This document shows positions 32,636-43,352 of a stretch of DNA of 64,000 nucleotides, one piece after another. The position numbers were made by a program, and so were the translations under genes. The DNA lies in the NCBI GenBank assembly GCA_963555815.3, contig CAUVWX020000002.1, positions 320,001 through 384,000 of the forward strand. The letters are read 5' to 3'. This DNA comes from a bacterium. GTDB taxonomy: Bacteria; UBA8248; JACPRG01; G963555815. Below the pieces are notes generated by a model. It saw only the letters and a program-made list of their open reading frames with translations, did no database searches and was not told the origin of the DNA. Every line of letters begins with the position of its first letter. Positions within the stretch are counted from its first letter, which is position 1.

Positions 32636-35164
32636 TCATGCCTTCAGCGTATCCGGCTTGGTTTTCTCCCACACCCGCCCGATGGCCGCGCTGATTTTCT
32701 TCTTGAAGCGTTCGATTAGTTCGCGGTTGGCGTTGACGAGGGCTTGCTCGGCTTCGATCTCGGTGACGATTTCCTTCTGCACTTCCAGGGGTGGGAGGGG
32801 GATTTGGAATTGACGGATGTCCGATGATTTGATACTTGCTTAGTTTACAGCACGTTGTGCCAAATTTTTTGCCTTTTCAATGAAAATGTTACTTTTCATG
32901 ACCCATAGTGCGAAAAATGGTTCAATACGATTTTGCTTAGGACGCAAACAAACTAAGCTAATTCCATGCACGACGGGTACGGTGGACTGAGTGAAGATCG
33001 CTGTTTTAGCCAGATGGGCCTCACTATTGATGTGACTGAATAGGATGTCGCCAGTCTGCATAAAGCGATCATCTGGAACGTCATCGTCGGTCCATTTTGT
33101 TTTTGACAAGTCAACTTTTCCATCGGCAATCGTCTGAATCCTAGTCACTTTGAAACGACCTTGCCGATCTATCTGGTTGACGTTGTAGCCGTTTCGTATT
33201 GATTCGCAAACCCTCCCTAACGCCACCATCGGCCATTCAGGATCAACCGCGATATTCGGGCGGTAGTTGTCGATGACGGCGCGGGCGCCGTCGATGACTT
33301 TCTGGCAGCCCTCGATCTCGGCGACAATCTCCTTCTGCACTTCCAGAGGGGGTAGGGGAATTTCAAGCTTTTTGATGTCGTCTTTATTGATTGATGCAAA
33401 CACTGCTCCCGTGTTACCAGTTATCTCACCTGCCAAGCTCCGCAGAACGTAGAAGGCATAAGTTGTGAGCAATTGGTTCGTTTCGGGCCTTATGGCGGAA
33501 AGGCCGCGGCCAATGCAGATTCGTTCAGTCGCCAGATTGACCGGACCAACCGGAGCACGCACCGACATGAGAATATCGCCTTCCTGGGCAAATCTCTGAG
33601 GATCGGTAGTCCATTTTGTTGGTTCCCCGATCCATAATTGACCAAACTCAGTTTTACCCTGATAGAAGGGCGCGCCAATGCCTGTATCGTTGTAAGACTT
33701 TCCGGCTGGTGACTGTCCGGCAATAACTTCTGCAACTTTGCCCAATGGCACTATGGGAAAGTGCGATGTGTGGATGCCATTTTCCCGATACCGCTCCCCG
33801 CTGAGGTTGTAGTCACCGTTCGCGGCGATCTTTTCCTTTTCCACGATGAGGGCGGCCCCTCGCTCGATGAGGCTTCCCAACATGGATGGACAGGATGAAC
33901 GGGATTCCTTCTTATCCTGAATATCCTGCGCATCCATGTTCATGTATTCCTTCACGCTCCGCGCTGTGTCCGGCAGGTCGTTCCTGTCAATCTCCCGCCG
34001 CTGGGCTCCCAGATCGAAGCCGTCGTTCTCGACCTTGAAGAACGCGATGCGGCCGGTCTTTTTCGCGAGCGGCTTGTCGAGGATGAGAATGGAAGTCTTC
34101 ACGCCCGAATAGGGGTTGAACACGCCCGCAGGTAACGAAATCACGGCAACCAGATACTCCTCTACCAGCATTTTGCGAAGCTGCTTGTGGGCGTTCTGGC
34201 TCTGGAAGATGATGCCCTCGGGCACGATGATCCCGGCGCGGCCGGAAGGCGTCAGATGCTCGGCCATGTAGTCCACGAACAGTACCTCGCTCCGCTTGGA
34301 CTGCACCGAGAAGCGGTTGTGCGGGCGGATCCCGCCCTTCGGTGACATGAACGGCGGGTTCGCCAGAATCACGTCCGCGTATTCGTTCCAGCGCTCCTCG
34401 CTGGTCAGTGTGTCGTACTCAATGATGTGCGGATCAGTGAAGCCGTGCAGATACATGTTTACCAGCGACAGACGCACCATGTCCGGCGAAATGTCGTAGC
34501 CCTTGAAGTTCTCCGCCAACCGGCTCTTGTCGTCCGGCGTCAGCGTAATGTTGCCCTGTGGGTCGGAGTTGGCCGCAAGAATGTGCTTGTAGGAGGAAAT
34601 CAGGAACCCGCTGGTACCACAGGCCGGGTCGAGCACCATCTCGTCCTTCTTCGGTTCAACGACGGCGACGATGAAGTCGATGATATGGCGCGGAGTGCGG
34701 AACTGGCCAGCATCCCCCTGCGATCCGAGTACGGATAGAAGATACTCGAAGGCGTCACCCAGGCGTTCGGAGTGATCGTAGGTGAATTCGTCAATGGCCT
34801 TTAGGAAGGCGCGCAGGGTTTCCGGGTCGCGATAGGGCAGGTAGGCGTTGTTGAAGATGTCGCGAAACAGCGGTGGGATACCGGGGTTTGCCGGCATCTT
34901 GGTGATGGCTTCAGCATAGAGGCTCAGAGTTTCGTGTCCGCCCAGGCCAGACCTCATCAGTTTGGCCCATCCATAGCGGGCGAACTCGCCGGAGAAGAAG
35001 CTCCGCTCGCCGCCGAATTCCTCGCTTTCCGCGTCGATGTCGTCCATGAACTTGTAGATCAGCGCGATGGTGATCTGCTCGACCTGGTTCTTGGGGTCGG
35101 GCACCTTACCGACCAGGATATCGCGGGCGGTGTCGATGCGGCGCTTGGTGTCTCTATCCAGCAT
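32636..35164 (-). pseudogene. Type I RM fused methyltransferase-specificity subunit (HsdM-HsdS) with in-frame TAA at 32840-32842
   Basis: GQFRTPRHI, DPACGT, NPPF (N6 MTase); two TRDs each followed by IPLPPLEVQKEIV.EIE; the frame continues ...AVN*ASIKSSDIRQFQIPLPP... to TGA at 32636. Confidence 0.85.
33879..33940. repeat. 62-bp imperfect palindrome inside hsdMS
   Basis: AACATGGATGGACAGGATGAACGGGAT-TCCTTCTT-ATCCTGAATATCCTGCGCATCCATGTT; 21/27 arm matches with the outer 10 bp perfect. Confidence 0.85.
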
Positions 35165-35176
35165 GGGGCTTCCTCT

Positions 35177-37714
35177 CTAGGGGTACGGATCAAACTGGCT
35201 CAGGGAAATGTAATCCTTGACGTAGTCCGGAATGAGGTCACGATACTTCTCCGGCACCTCGCTGAAATTGGCGAGAGATAAGGTCGGGTTCGTGGCGAGT
35301 TCGGCGTATCGCCTCTCGTCGATGATGACGCGAATCCGGTCGCTCGTAACATACGCCTCGAAGTAGCTCTTCATGGCCGGGATGGCGCCGGCCTCCTCGG
35401 GTTTATGATCGGCGATGAACTTGGCGAATTCCTCCTCCAGCAGATCGCGTCTGGACTTGAAATGGGGAATGAGGTCGAAGACCCTCTCCAGAATCTCGCG
35501 CAATGTGACGCGGCGGTCCACCGCGGCGGCCTTGCGCAGCTTCTTGAGGGTGTAGTATTCCTCGGGCTTGTCGAAGACCTCGCGGTTGACGTAATCGATG
35601 ACGCGATCCCACTGACCGGCCATCATTGCTTCGGTGATGGTTTCGTCCTGGCGCACGGCGTCCCCGAATTTCTCGAAGAGCATCCGGTCGATCTTCATCC
35701 CCTCGTAACCCACGGTCTCTTCGCGTACCGAGGCGATGATGTCGGCGCCCAGGTGCTCGTAGGTGCCATCGAACTCAACCGGCCCAGTGTCGCCATCGCC
35801 ACTGCTCCGAACTCGGGGCCAGGGCAATTTCAAAACCTCGTCGTAGTTGAACTCCGTTTCGAAATACTCGCAATTGCCAAAGAAATCGAGGAGTTTGAAT
35901 GCGGTTTTCTGCGGTTCGACGATTTGCTCTTTGATGCTGTCATCGAAAAGTTCATCCGGGAAGTTGTGCTTGCGGGTGCCGCGCCCTTTGATCTGGACAA
36001 AATCAGTGGGAGAAAAGATGGGCCGAAACAAACCGATATTCAGAAGATCGGTGCAGTCGTAACCAGTGGTCATCATGCCCACCGTCACGCAGACGCGGGC
36101 CTTGCTCGTCCGGTAGCCGTCCAGGAAGTTGGCCGATCCGCGCAGGTTGTTGTTGGCGAAGTTGACAGTGAACTTCTGTGCATCTGCGATCTGCGATGTA
36201 ACCTGCACCGCGAAATCGGACTGGTACTTGCCGGGGAACATTCTGTCGGCGATCTGGTTGAATATCTGCGCCAGCTTGGCCGCGTGGCTCTGGCTCACGG
36301 CGAAGACAATGGATTTGCCGATCTCGCTGCTGATCGGGTCACGAAGAGAATTTTCGAGAAAAGTCTTGCAAAAGAGCTGGTTGGTGGCTTCGGAGTAAAA
36401 GCGCTTCTCGAACTCGCGCTGTTTGTAAGCTTCCTCTTGATTCTCGCCTGAATCATCGGTGAACGAGACGACAAACCCCTCCTCGGAGAGAAGTTGAGTG
36501 GTTATGTTCGTCCTGGCATCGACGACGGTCGGGTTGATCAGAAAACCGTCTTTCACACCATCGATCAGCGAATAGCGGAAGGTGGGCTCTCCGCTTTCGC
36601 AGCCGAAGGTGCGATAGGTATCGAGCAAGAGGCGCCGTTCAGCATCACGCGGGTTGCGGATCGCGGCGCCGGTCTCGCTGGCGCCCTTCAAATAGTCGCG
36701 GGGCGTTGCAGTCAACCCGAGCTTGTAGCCCACGAAGAAGTCGAACACCGCGCGGGCGTTGCCGCCAATCGAACGGTGAGCTTCGTCGGAGATCACAAGG
36801 TCGAAATCCGTCGGCGAAAAAAGTTGCTGGTACTTGTTGTTGAACAAAAGCGATTGGACGGTTGTGACGACGATTTCGGCGCGCCGCCAGTCGTCACGGC
36901 TCTCCTTATAGATGACCGTCTGGAAGTCGGCCGAAAGCAAGATGTTGAATACCTTGTAGGCCTGATCTTCCAATTCCAGCCGGTCGACCAGGAAGAGCAC
37001 ACGGCTGGCATTGCCCGAGCGCAGGAACAACTTGATGATGGCGGCGGCGGTAAGCGTCTTTCCGGTGCCAGTGGCCATCTCGAACAGAAAACGGTCATGG
37101 CCGTCCTTGGCCGCCCGTTGCAGTGCACGGATCGCTTTGAGCTGATAGGCACGCAGAAATCGCAGTTTGTTGGACTGAATGAAACCCGGGCGCTCGCCCT
37201 CGTTCTTCCAAGCTGTTTCAGAAGCATAGTTCGGCCGCTGGGTGACAACGATATAGTCGTCGCCGACCCGCTCCCCGATCAGGCGCTGCGGGCTGGGCGT
37301 GACCTTCCGGTAGTCGGATACCGAGTCCGGCGACGGGAACGCGGTGATGATGGAAGGGTTGCCGCGCTCCAAATCCCAAAAGTAGTGCAAATTGCCGTTC
37401 GACAGGATCACAAAGCGGCAATTCTGCGAGCGGGCGTATTTGCGGGCCTGTTCCTTGCCGACAAGCGGGTTCTTGTCCTCTGACTTGACCTCCAAAACGA
37501 TGTGGGGAAATCCCTTGGCGTCGAGAAGCAGGAAGTCGATGTATCCTTTGGAGGTCTTCTCGAAGTCGTTGCCCAGTGCATCGAGGTCGGAAGTTTTAAC
37601 CATGACGTTTAATTCCAGGCAGATGTTGGCGGACTTGCCCTCCTCGGCGAAGAAACGCCAGCCAGCCGCTTCGAGCAGCTTGTTGATCTTGATCCGCGCG
37701 GTCGCTTCGTTCAT
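35177..37714 (-). CDS. hsdR: Type I restriction endonuclease R subunit (EcoEI-like)
   Basis: N-terminal D...EVK nuclease motif, MATGTGKT, DEAHRS, GLTATP, TTGYD, QIKGRGTR. Confidence 0.9.
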   Translation of the reverse strand: MNEATARIKINKLLEAAGWRFFAEEGKSANICLELNVMVKTSDLDALGNDFEKTSKGYIDFLLLDAKGFPHIVLEVKSEDKNPLVGKEQARKYARSQNCRFVILSNGNLHYFWDLERGNPSIITAFPSPDSVSDYRKVTPSPQRLIGERVGDDYIVVTQRPNYASETAWKNEGERPGFIQSNKLRFLRAYQLKAIRALQRAAKDGHDRFLFEMATGTGKTLTAAAIIKLFLRSGNASRVLFLVDRLELEDQAYKVFNILLSADFQTVIYKESRDDWRRAEIVVTTVQSLLFNNKYQQLFSPTDFDLVISDEAHRSIGGNARAVFDFFVGYKLGLTATPRDYLKGASETGAAIRNPRDAERRLLLDTYRTFGCESGEPTFRYSLIDGVKDGFLINPTVVDARTNITTQLLSEEGFVVSFTDDSGENQEEAYKQREFEKRFYSEATNQLFCKTFLENSLRDPISSEIGKSIVFAVSQSHAAKLAQIFNQIADRMFPGKYQSDFAVQVTSQIADAQKFTVNFANNNLRGSANFLDGYRTSKARVCVTVGMMTTGYDCTDLLNIGLFRPIFSPTDFVQIKGRGTRKHNFPDELFDDSIKEQIVEPQKTAFKLLDFFGNCEYFETEFNYDEVLKLPWPRVRSSGDGDTGPVEFDGTYEHLGADIIASVREETVGYEGMKIDRMLFEKFGDAVRQDETITEAMMAGQWDRVIDYVNREVFDKPEEYYTLKKLRKAAAVDRRVTLREILERVFDLIPHFKSRRDLLEEEFAKFIADHKPEEAGAIPAMKSYFEAYVTSDRIRVIIDERRYAELATNPTLSLANFSEVPEKYRDLIPDYVKDYISLSQFDPYP

Positions 37715-37739
37715 GGGGACTTAGTCTCTTTGCCGACGT

Positions 37740-37839
37740 CTTGAGGTGAAATTGACGCTTATTGCAATGCCTTTTCCCCCATGAACGAGCCTTTTGTTGC
37801 AATCCACCCTAGCGAACGGACTGGACCTTGAGGTGAAAT
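37740..37839. repeat. 13-bp direct repeat CTTGAGGTGAAAT (37740-37752 and 37827-37839)
   Basis: Exact repeat upstream of hsdR, with two TTGCAAT copies between the units. Confidence 0.7.
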
Positions 37840-37884
37840 CCCTCGCGTTCCTGAAGGCAGGCACTCGATCCCTTCCTTGAGCAG

Positions 37885-38199
37885 TTCCTCGCGGAAGGCC
37901 GGGGCAGCTCCCCCACGGCCTGTTCGATCTGATCCACGGTGATCTTCTGCAAAAGCTCTTCCTCAGGGGTTTCGGACCAGATGGACCAGATAAGGGATGG
38001 CTTCCGGTTCCAGATCCCCTCGAGGATTGGCTTCTTCCAGAGAGATGTGCTGACGATCCCGCTCCTGGGATCGTCAGCGGTTGAGAAAGGCGTTTTTCAG
38101 GATCTTATAGAGCCAGGCGCGGCAGTTCGTCCCCCGCTCAAATTGATGGAAGAAGCGAAAGGCCCTGATGTATGCCTCCTGGGCAAGGTCTTCAAATTC
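37885..38199 (-). pseudogene. ECF sigma-70 factor remnant
   Basis: [39 protein letters not shown] (region 2), then in another frame TPEEELLQKITVDQIEQAVGELP (start of region 4); no start codon, internal stop, 9-bp duplication GGACCAGAT. Confidence 0.75.
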
Positions 38200-38250
38200 T
38201 CGCCTTCGCCGGCCTTTCAGAGCCACTGGTCAACCCCTGAGCTAGAAAAT

Positions 38251-39486
38251 CTAAAAGCCTTCAAGGTGGACCGGCGAGAGGATCTGTGCCATCACCGTTT
38301 CCCCCGCCTTCAGTTGGTCCACACCTGCCGGCACGATGAGTAAAGCGTTCATTTTGAAGGAAGGGGCACCAGGCTCCCGGGGCACCGCCTCATATCCCCC
38401 CTCCCCTTCGATGATTCGTCCACGGACAAAGTTTGTCAGCCCCTTTCTCATTTTAACCCGAACATCCGTCCGCAGACGGACCTGCCTCACATAGGGGCCC
38501 GGATGCTGGTGGCCGCTCATGCACCGAAGGGCCGGCCGGATGAATTGTTCAAAACAGATGGCGGCGGCCGAAGGGTTTCCCGACACATTGAACAGAAGGG
38601 CGCGATCAAGACGCCCCAGGGCTGAATAGGTCCCGGGCTGCATGGCAACGTCTTTGAAAATCATTTCGGCCCCCGCCTGCCGCATGGCAGGGGCCACCAG
38701 ATCTTTATCACCCTTTCCGGTTCCCCCGGTGATGATCACCAGATCAGCCGAAGCACTTTGTTGGATGCGCTCTACAATGGCCTCCATGCGGTCTTCGGCA
38801 ACGCCCATCCGGACGGAGATCCCCCCTCCCTCCAGGACCAGGGCCCCCATGTAGTAATTAATAGAACAGAAGAACTGGCCCTCCTTGAGGGCCGAAATTT
38901 CCCATCGCCCATCCTCCGGCTCGACGATCTCATCTCCCGTCGAGAGCACCGCAACCCGGGGTCGAAGGCCCACCTTCACGTGGGTGTGACCGAGGGTGGC
39001 AAGGGCCTCTATGTGGACCGGATGAATCTCTTCCCCTCGTTTCAGGATCACCTGCCCTTTCTTGATCTCGGCCCCTGCCCGGCGGATGCAATACCCCGGG
39101 CTCACGGGCGAAGACACCCTGAGCTGCCCCCCCTCCCCTTTTCCCTCTTCAAGTGGGAGGACGGAGTCGGCCCCTGGTGGAAGGAGGGCCCCCGTCATAA
39201 TACGAGCGGCCTCCCCAGCTCCAAGGGGTGCCCCAGGGGCGCCCCCTGCGGTCAGGGTCGCGCTCAGCGGAAGGGACACGGGGGACTCGGGCTTGGCAGA
39301 GGAGACGTCAGAGGATCTGAGGGCGAAGCCATCCATGGCGGATTTGTCCCAGCGAGGATGGGGGAGAGAGGCCGCCACCTCCTCGCCGCTGGGTCGGCCG
39401 AGGGTGCGCAGGACTTCCACCTTCTCCCAGCCCAGATACGCCGCCTCCCTCAGGGCCTGCGAGCGCGCCTCTTCAACAGATATCAC
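38251..39486 (-). CDS. moeA: Molybdopterin molybdotransferase (divergent)
   Basis: SAMDGFAL, IMTGA.LP.GAD, STGDEI, TGG, GNP. Confidence 0.85.
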   Translation of the reverse strand: MISVEEARSQALREAAYLGWEKVEVLRTLGRPSGEEVAASLPHPRWDKSAMDGFALRSSDVSSAKPESPVSLPLSATLTAGGAPGAPLGAGEAARIMTGALLPPGADSVLPLEEGKGEGGQLRVSSPVSPGYCIRRAGAEIKKGQVILKRGEEIHPVHIEALATLGHTHVKVGLRPRVAVLSTGDEIVEPEDGRWEISALKEGQFFCSINYYMGALVLEGGGISVRMGVAEDRMEAIVERIQQSASADLVIITGGTGKGDKDLVAPAMRQAGAEMIFKDVAMQPGTYSALGRLDRALLFNVSGNPSAAAICFEQFIRPALRCMSGHQHPGPYVRQVRLRTDVRVKMRKGLTNFVRGRIIEGEGGYEAVPREPGAPSFKMNALLIVPAGVDQLKAGETVMAQILSPVHLEGF

Positions 39487-39664
39487 AACCGCCCCTCCTT
39501 CACTGGCCGATAAATCCAACAGGATATCTTCGTATCAAGTGGGATATGTTGTCCAGCCCTTAGATGTCTCACGATTTGTCAAAGCCAATTTCTAAAGGCT
39601 GACCACGAGGCCCACACGTGATATAAAGCAAGACGGTTCTTGTGATTCGTGAGGAGAAGGACCG

Positions 39665-41989
39665 GTGAAGAGCCCCATCTTCCTCAGTGCCCTCGCCTTC
39701 ATGGTGGGGATCCTCCTCGGCGCCCCCGGGGTCTCAGATTCTGCCCACCGGGAGGGTCACCCTCCTTGGGGAAATCGATGAGCCCATCGAACGGGGCAGA
39801 AATCGAAGTCGGATCTACCTTCGGATGGAGAGGGCCCTGGTGGGGACTGAAGATTTCCCTCTGAAGGGCCGTGTCCGAATCACCATCTACGAGTCCGGGT
39901 CGCCTTTTCGCTACGGGGACCGGGTCAAGATCCACAGGGTCCGCCTCCACCGCCCGAAAGGATATGGGAATCCAGGGGCCTTCGACATAGAGAGCTACAT
40001 GTGGACCCGGGGGATTGTGGCCCTGGGCTGGGTTGGGCGGTGGGACCGCGTGGAACATCTGGGGTCGGGTCGTCTCATCTTCCCCCTTGGCCAGCTCTAT
40101 CAGCTCCGGGACCGGCTCCTTCAAGCCATCGACGAGGGCCTCCCGTCACCTTATGCCCCCCTGATGAACGGCCTGCTCTTCGGGGAGCGGCGGGCGATCC
40201 CCCGGGAGGTCCAGGATGCGTTCTATCGCTCCGGCACAGGACACCTGATGGCCATCTCCGGCCTCCACGTGGGCTTTGTGGCATTTTTCTTCTTCAGCCT
40301 CCTCAAGCGCCTCACCAGACGCCTCCCGCGTCGGCTTTGGGCGCGGGCCTCCGACCTCTTGACACCGGATGCCCTGGCGGCCTCCCTGACCATCCCCCTG
40401 GTCCTGGCCTACATGGTGATTGCCCGATATCCGGTCTCCGCCATCCGGGCCACTGTGATGATCACTGTTTATCTGGTCGCGCGGCTCCTTCAGAGGGACC
40501 GTGACCTCTTTGGAGCCCTTGGCACCGCCGCCCTCCTCATTCTTCTCTGGCAACCCCTCTATCTGTTCGACGTGGGTTTTCAGTTCTCCTTTCTCTATGT
40601 CCTTTGCATTGTGACGGTGAGCCAATATCTAAAACCGCTCAGACACGTCTGGGGTTTCGTCCGGATCACCGTCCTGATCTCACTTGCCGTGGTGCCCCTG
40701 ATTGCTCTTTATTTCCACCGTGTGACGATGTACGGGGTTTTGGCCAATCTGGTCATGGTCCCCCTCGCCTCACTCCTCATCCCCACGGGTCTTGTGGCCG
40801 CGACACTGTCGACCGTGGCCGGATGGGCCAACCCCTTCTTTTTTGCTCTTACCCAAGGTTTGTCTTGGCTTCTTCTCACAGTCGGCCAGTGGGTTTCCTC
40901 TCTTCCCTATGCCGCCCCCTCGATCCCCCCACCCTCCCCTCTGTCCGTCCTTGCGATTTACGGCGTGGCGCTCTCCCTGATGTTCTTCAAAAAAAAGGGG
41001 GGCTCGTCCCGAGAATCGTCCTCATCCTCGGCGTGGCCGTCCTGGCGGGTTCTCTTCTCTTCCCCAGGCCGGTCGGGACAAAAGGGCAGCTTCGTGTCGT
41101 CTTCTTGGACGTGGGAGACGCAGACTCCATTTTCATCCGCTTCCCGAATGGCGATACCATGCTGGTGGATGCGGGGGGATTGCCGGGTGGGTCCTTTGAT
41201 GTCGGGAACTCAGTGGTCGCGCCCTTCCTCAGAAGTCAAGGTGTCAGGCGGCTGGACTATCTTGTCCTCACTCATTCCCACCACGACCACGCGGGGGGCC
41301 TGGCTTCCATCCTTCGGCAATTCGAGGTCGGGGAGTTCTAGGACAGCGGGATTCCCCCGGATTCGGGAGCCCACCTGGAAGCCCTGGCTGAGGTGCGAAG
41401 GCAGGGGATTCGCCACCGGACAGTGGGGCAGGGAGATACCCTGAGGGGGGCCACTTACCGGGTCGAGGTGCTCCACCCCCTCAAGGACCCTCCCGGGCCG
41501 AACTCCCGCACCAACCCCCTGTCTCACAATGACAGTTCTCTTGTCCTCCGGATTCTTCACGGCAGGGTCAAAATTCTCCTCACGGGGGACCTGGAGCGGG
41601 CGGGCGAGAGGGCGCTCCTCCGGTCAGGAGAACCTCTGGAGGCCCAAATCCTGAAGGTCCCCCACCACGGGGGGCGGACTTCCAGCTCCTTGGGGTTTTT
41701 GAGCCGCGTAGGCCCCGAGGTGGCTATCCTCTCGGCCGGCAAGCCCTGGATCGGCCACCCCTCGCCTTTCGTCCTCTCCAGGTATCAAGAGATCGGGTCT
41801 TCCCTGTTCAGAACCGACGAGGATGGCGCAGTGGAGCTCTTGTCGGACGGCGAGGGCTACCGGGTCCGGTCCCATCTTCGAGGGGAGAGAACGCACCGGG
41901 GATTCCTCCTCAAGAGAAAGAGTCTTTCGCTTCCCGAGCTCTCCTCTCCTTTAGCAAGCCCCCTGGCTCGCGTTGACTTCGCCAGATGA
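39665..41989 (+). pseudogene. comEC: DNA internalization competence protein ComEC/Rec2, interrupted
   Basis: NPGAFD, GHLMAISGLHVG, GFQFSF, FLDVG.ADS, THSHHDHAGG, LLTGD, KVPHHG, RTDEDGAV; frameshifts at about 39735 and 40988-41001, TAG at 41339-41341. Confidence 0.85.
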
Positions 41990-42062
41990 TAGACTAAACT
42001 GATTTTTCTTTTGCGCTTGCGAGGTTTTTCGGTCTCGACGTTCAAAGGTCGACTCAAAACCC

Positions 42063-43343
42063 ATGAGCAAAAAGTCCTTCCAAGCGGTTCGGGGGGTCAA
42101 AGGGGTAAGAGATGTCCTCCCCGAAGAGGCCCGGCTGTGGCGCAGGGTCGAGGAGACCGCTCGAGACGCTTTTCGGCGCTACGGCTACGGCGAGATCAAG
42201 ACGCCTCTCTTTGAGCGGACGGACCTCTTCGCCCGGGGGATCGGGGAGGCCACCGATATCGTCCAAAAGGAAATGTACACCTTCTCCGACCGAGGAGGAG
42301 AGAGCCTCACCCTTCGGCCAGAGGCGACCGCCCCGACAGTCCGGGCCTATCTGGAGCACCACCTCCACCAACAGGGAAGCGGGCTGACGAGACTCTTCTC
42401 CATCGGTGCCATGTTCCGCTACGAGCGACCTCAGGCGGGCCGATTTCGGCAATTTCACCAGATCAACTGCGAGGCCTTTGGCTCAGGGCACCCTGCCCTG
42501 GACGCCGAAATTATCGTCCTGACCTGGGAGATCCTCGAGAGGGTCGGCTTACGGAAACTCTCTCTCGAGCTCAACAGCCTTGGAGATGCGGTCTGTCGTC
42601 CCGATTACGAGAAGGCCCTTCAGGACTATCTGCAAAAAAACCTAGGGGACCTCTGTCCGAACTGCAATCGCCGCGTTTCGCAAAACCCTCTCCGGGTCCT
42701 GGACTGCAAGCGCCCGAGTTGCCAGCCGGTGCTGGGCCGCGCCCCCTCCTCCCACAACTTTCTCTGTGAGCCCTGTCACACCCACTTCGAGAAGGTCCAC
42801 ATCCTCCTGAAGGAGGCTGGCATCCCCTATCGTCTTCAGCCTCGCCTCGTTCGAGGTTTGGATTACTACACGAGGACGGCCTTTGAGATCACAGCAGAGG
42901 GTCTCGGCGCCCAAAACGCCGTGGCCGGAGGGGGGCGCTACGACGGGTTGGTGGAGAGCCTGGGAGGCCCCTCGACACCCGCCATCGGATTTGCTATCGG
43001 AATAGAGCGTCTGGTTTCCCTCATGCCCGAATCGGAGGACGCCAGGGAGCCTCCCCTTATTTTTCTGGCCACGCAGGGGGAGGACGCCGATGCCAAGGCT
43101 TTTGGCTGGATGAAGAGCTGGCGGGACCAGGGGCTCGCCGTGGTCGGGGAATACGAGAAAAAAAGCCTGAAGGTCCAGATGAAGCTCGCCGACCGCCTGG
43201 GGGCCACCATCACCGTCATCGTCGGGGAAGAGGAGATCCAGGAAAAGGCCGCGACGGTCCGCGACATGCAGACAGGGAAACAGCAGAGGGTCCCCTTTGC
43301 CAAGCTCGACCGGATCTTGAAAACCCTGTGCGAAAAGGGGTGA
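42063..43343 (+). CDS. hisS: Histidine-tRNA ligase
   Basis: TPLFE, KEMYTF, LRPEATA, FRYERPQAGRFRQFHQ, LVRGLDYYT, GGRYDGL, GFAIGIER. Confidence 0.98.
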   Translation: MSKKSFQAVRGVKGVRDVLPEEARLWRRVEETARDAFRRYGYGEIKTPLFERTDLFARGIGEATDIVQKEMYTFSDRGGESLTLRPEATAPTVRAYLEHHLHQQGSGLTRLFSIGAMFRYERPQAGRFRQFHQINCEAFGSGHPALDAEIIVLTWEILERVGLRKLSLELNSLGDAVCRPDYEKALQDYLQKNLGDLCPNCNRRVSQNPLRVLDCKRPSCQPVLGRAPSSHNFLCEPCHTHFEKVHILLKEAGIPYRLQPRLVRGLDYYTRTAFEITAEGLGAQNAVAGGGRYDGLVESLGGPSTPAIGFAIGIERLVSLMPESEDAREPPLIFLATQGEDADAKAFGWMKSWRDQGLAVVGEYEKKSLKVQMKLADRLGATITVIVGEEEIQEKAATVRDMQTGKQQRVPFAKLDRILKTLCEKG

Positions 43344-43352
43344 GGGGCGGCC

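Larger units (their letters stand above)
31890..38200. mobile_element. Putative horizontally acquired restriction-modification island (boundaries approximate; no integrase seen)
   Basis: HsdR/HsdMS block with visibly different base usage (AT-richer TRDs), flanked by gene fragments on both sides. Confidence 0.45.

Noticed and set aside
32750..33355. Repeated sequence in hsdS as an invertible (shufflon) system
   Set aside because: The copies are direct repeats encoding the two conserved HsdS helices; no inverted repeats, spare TRDs or recombinase
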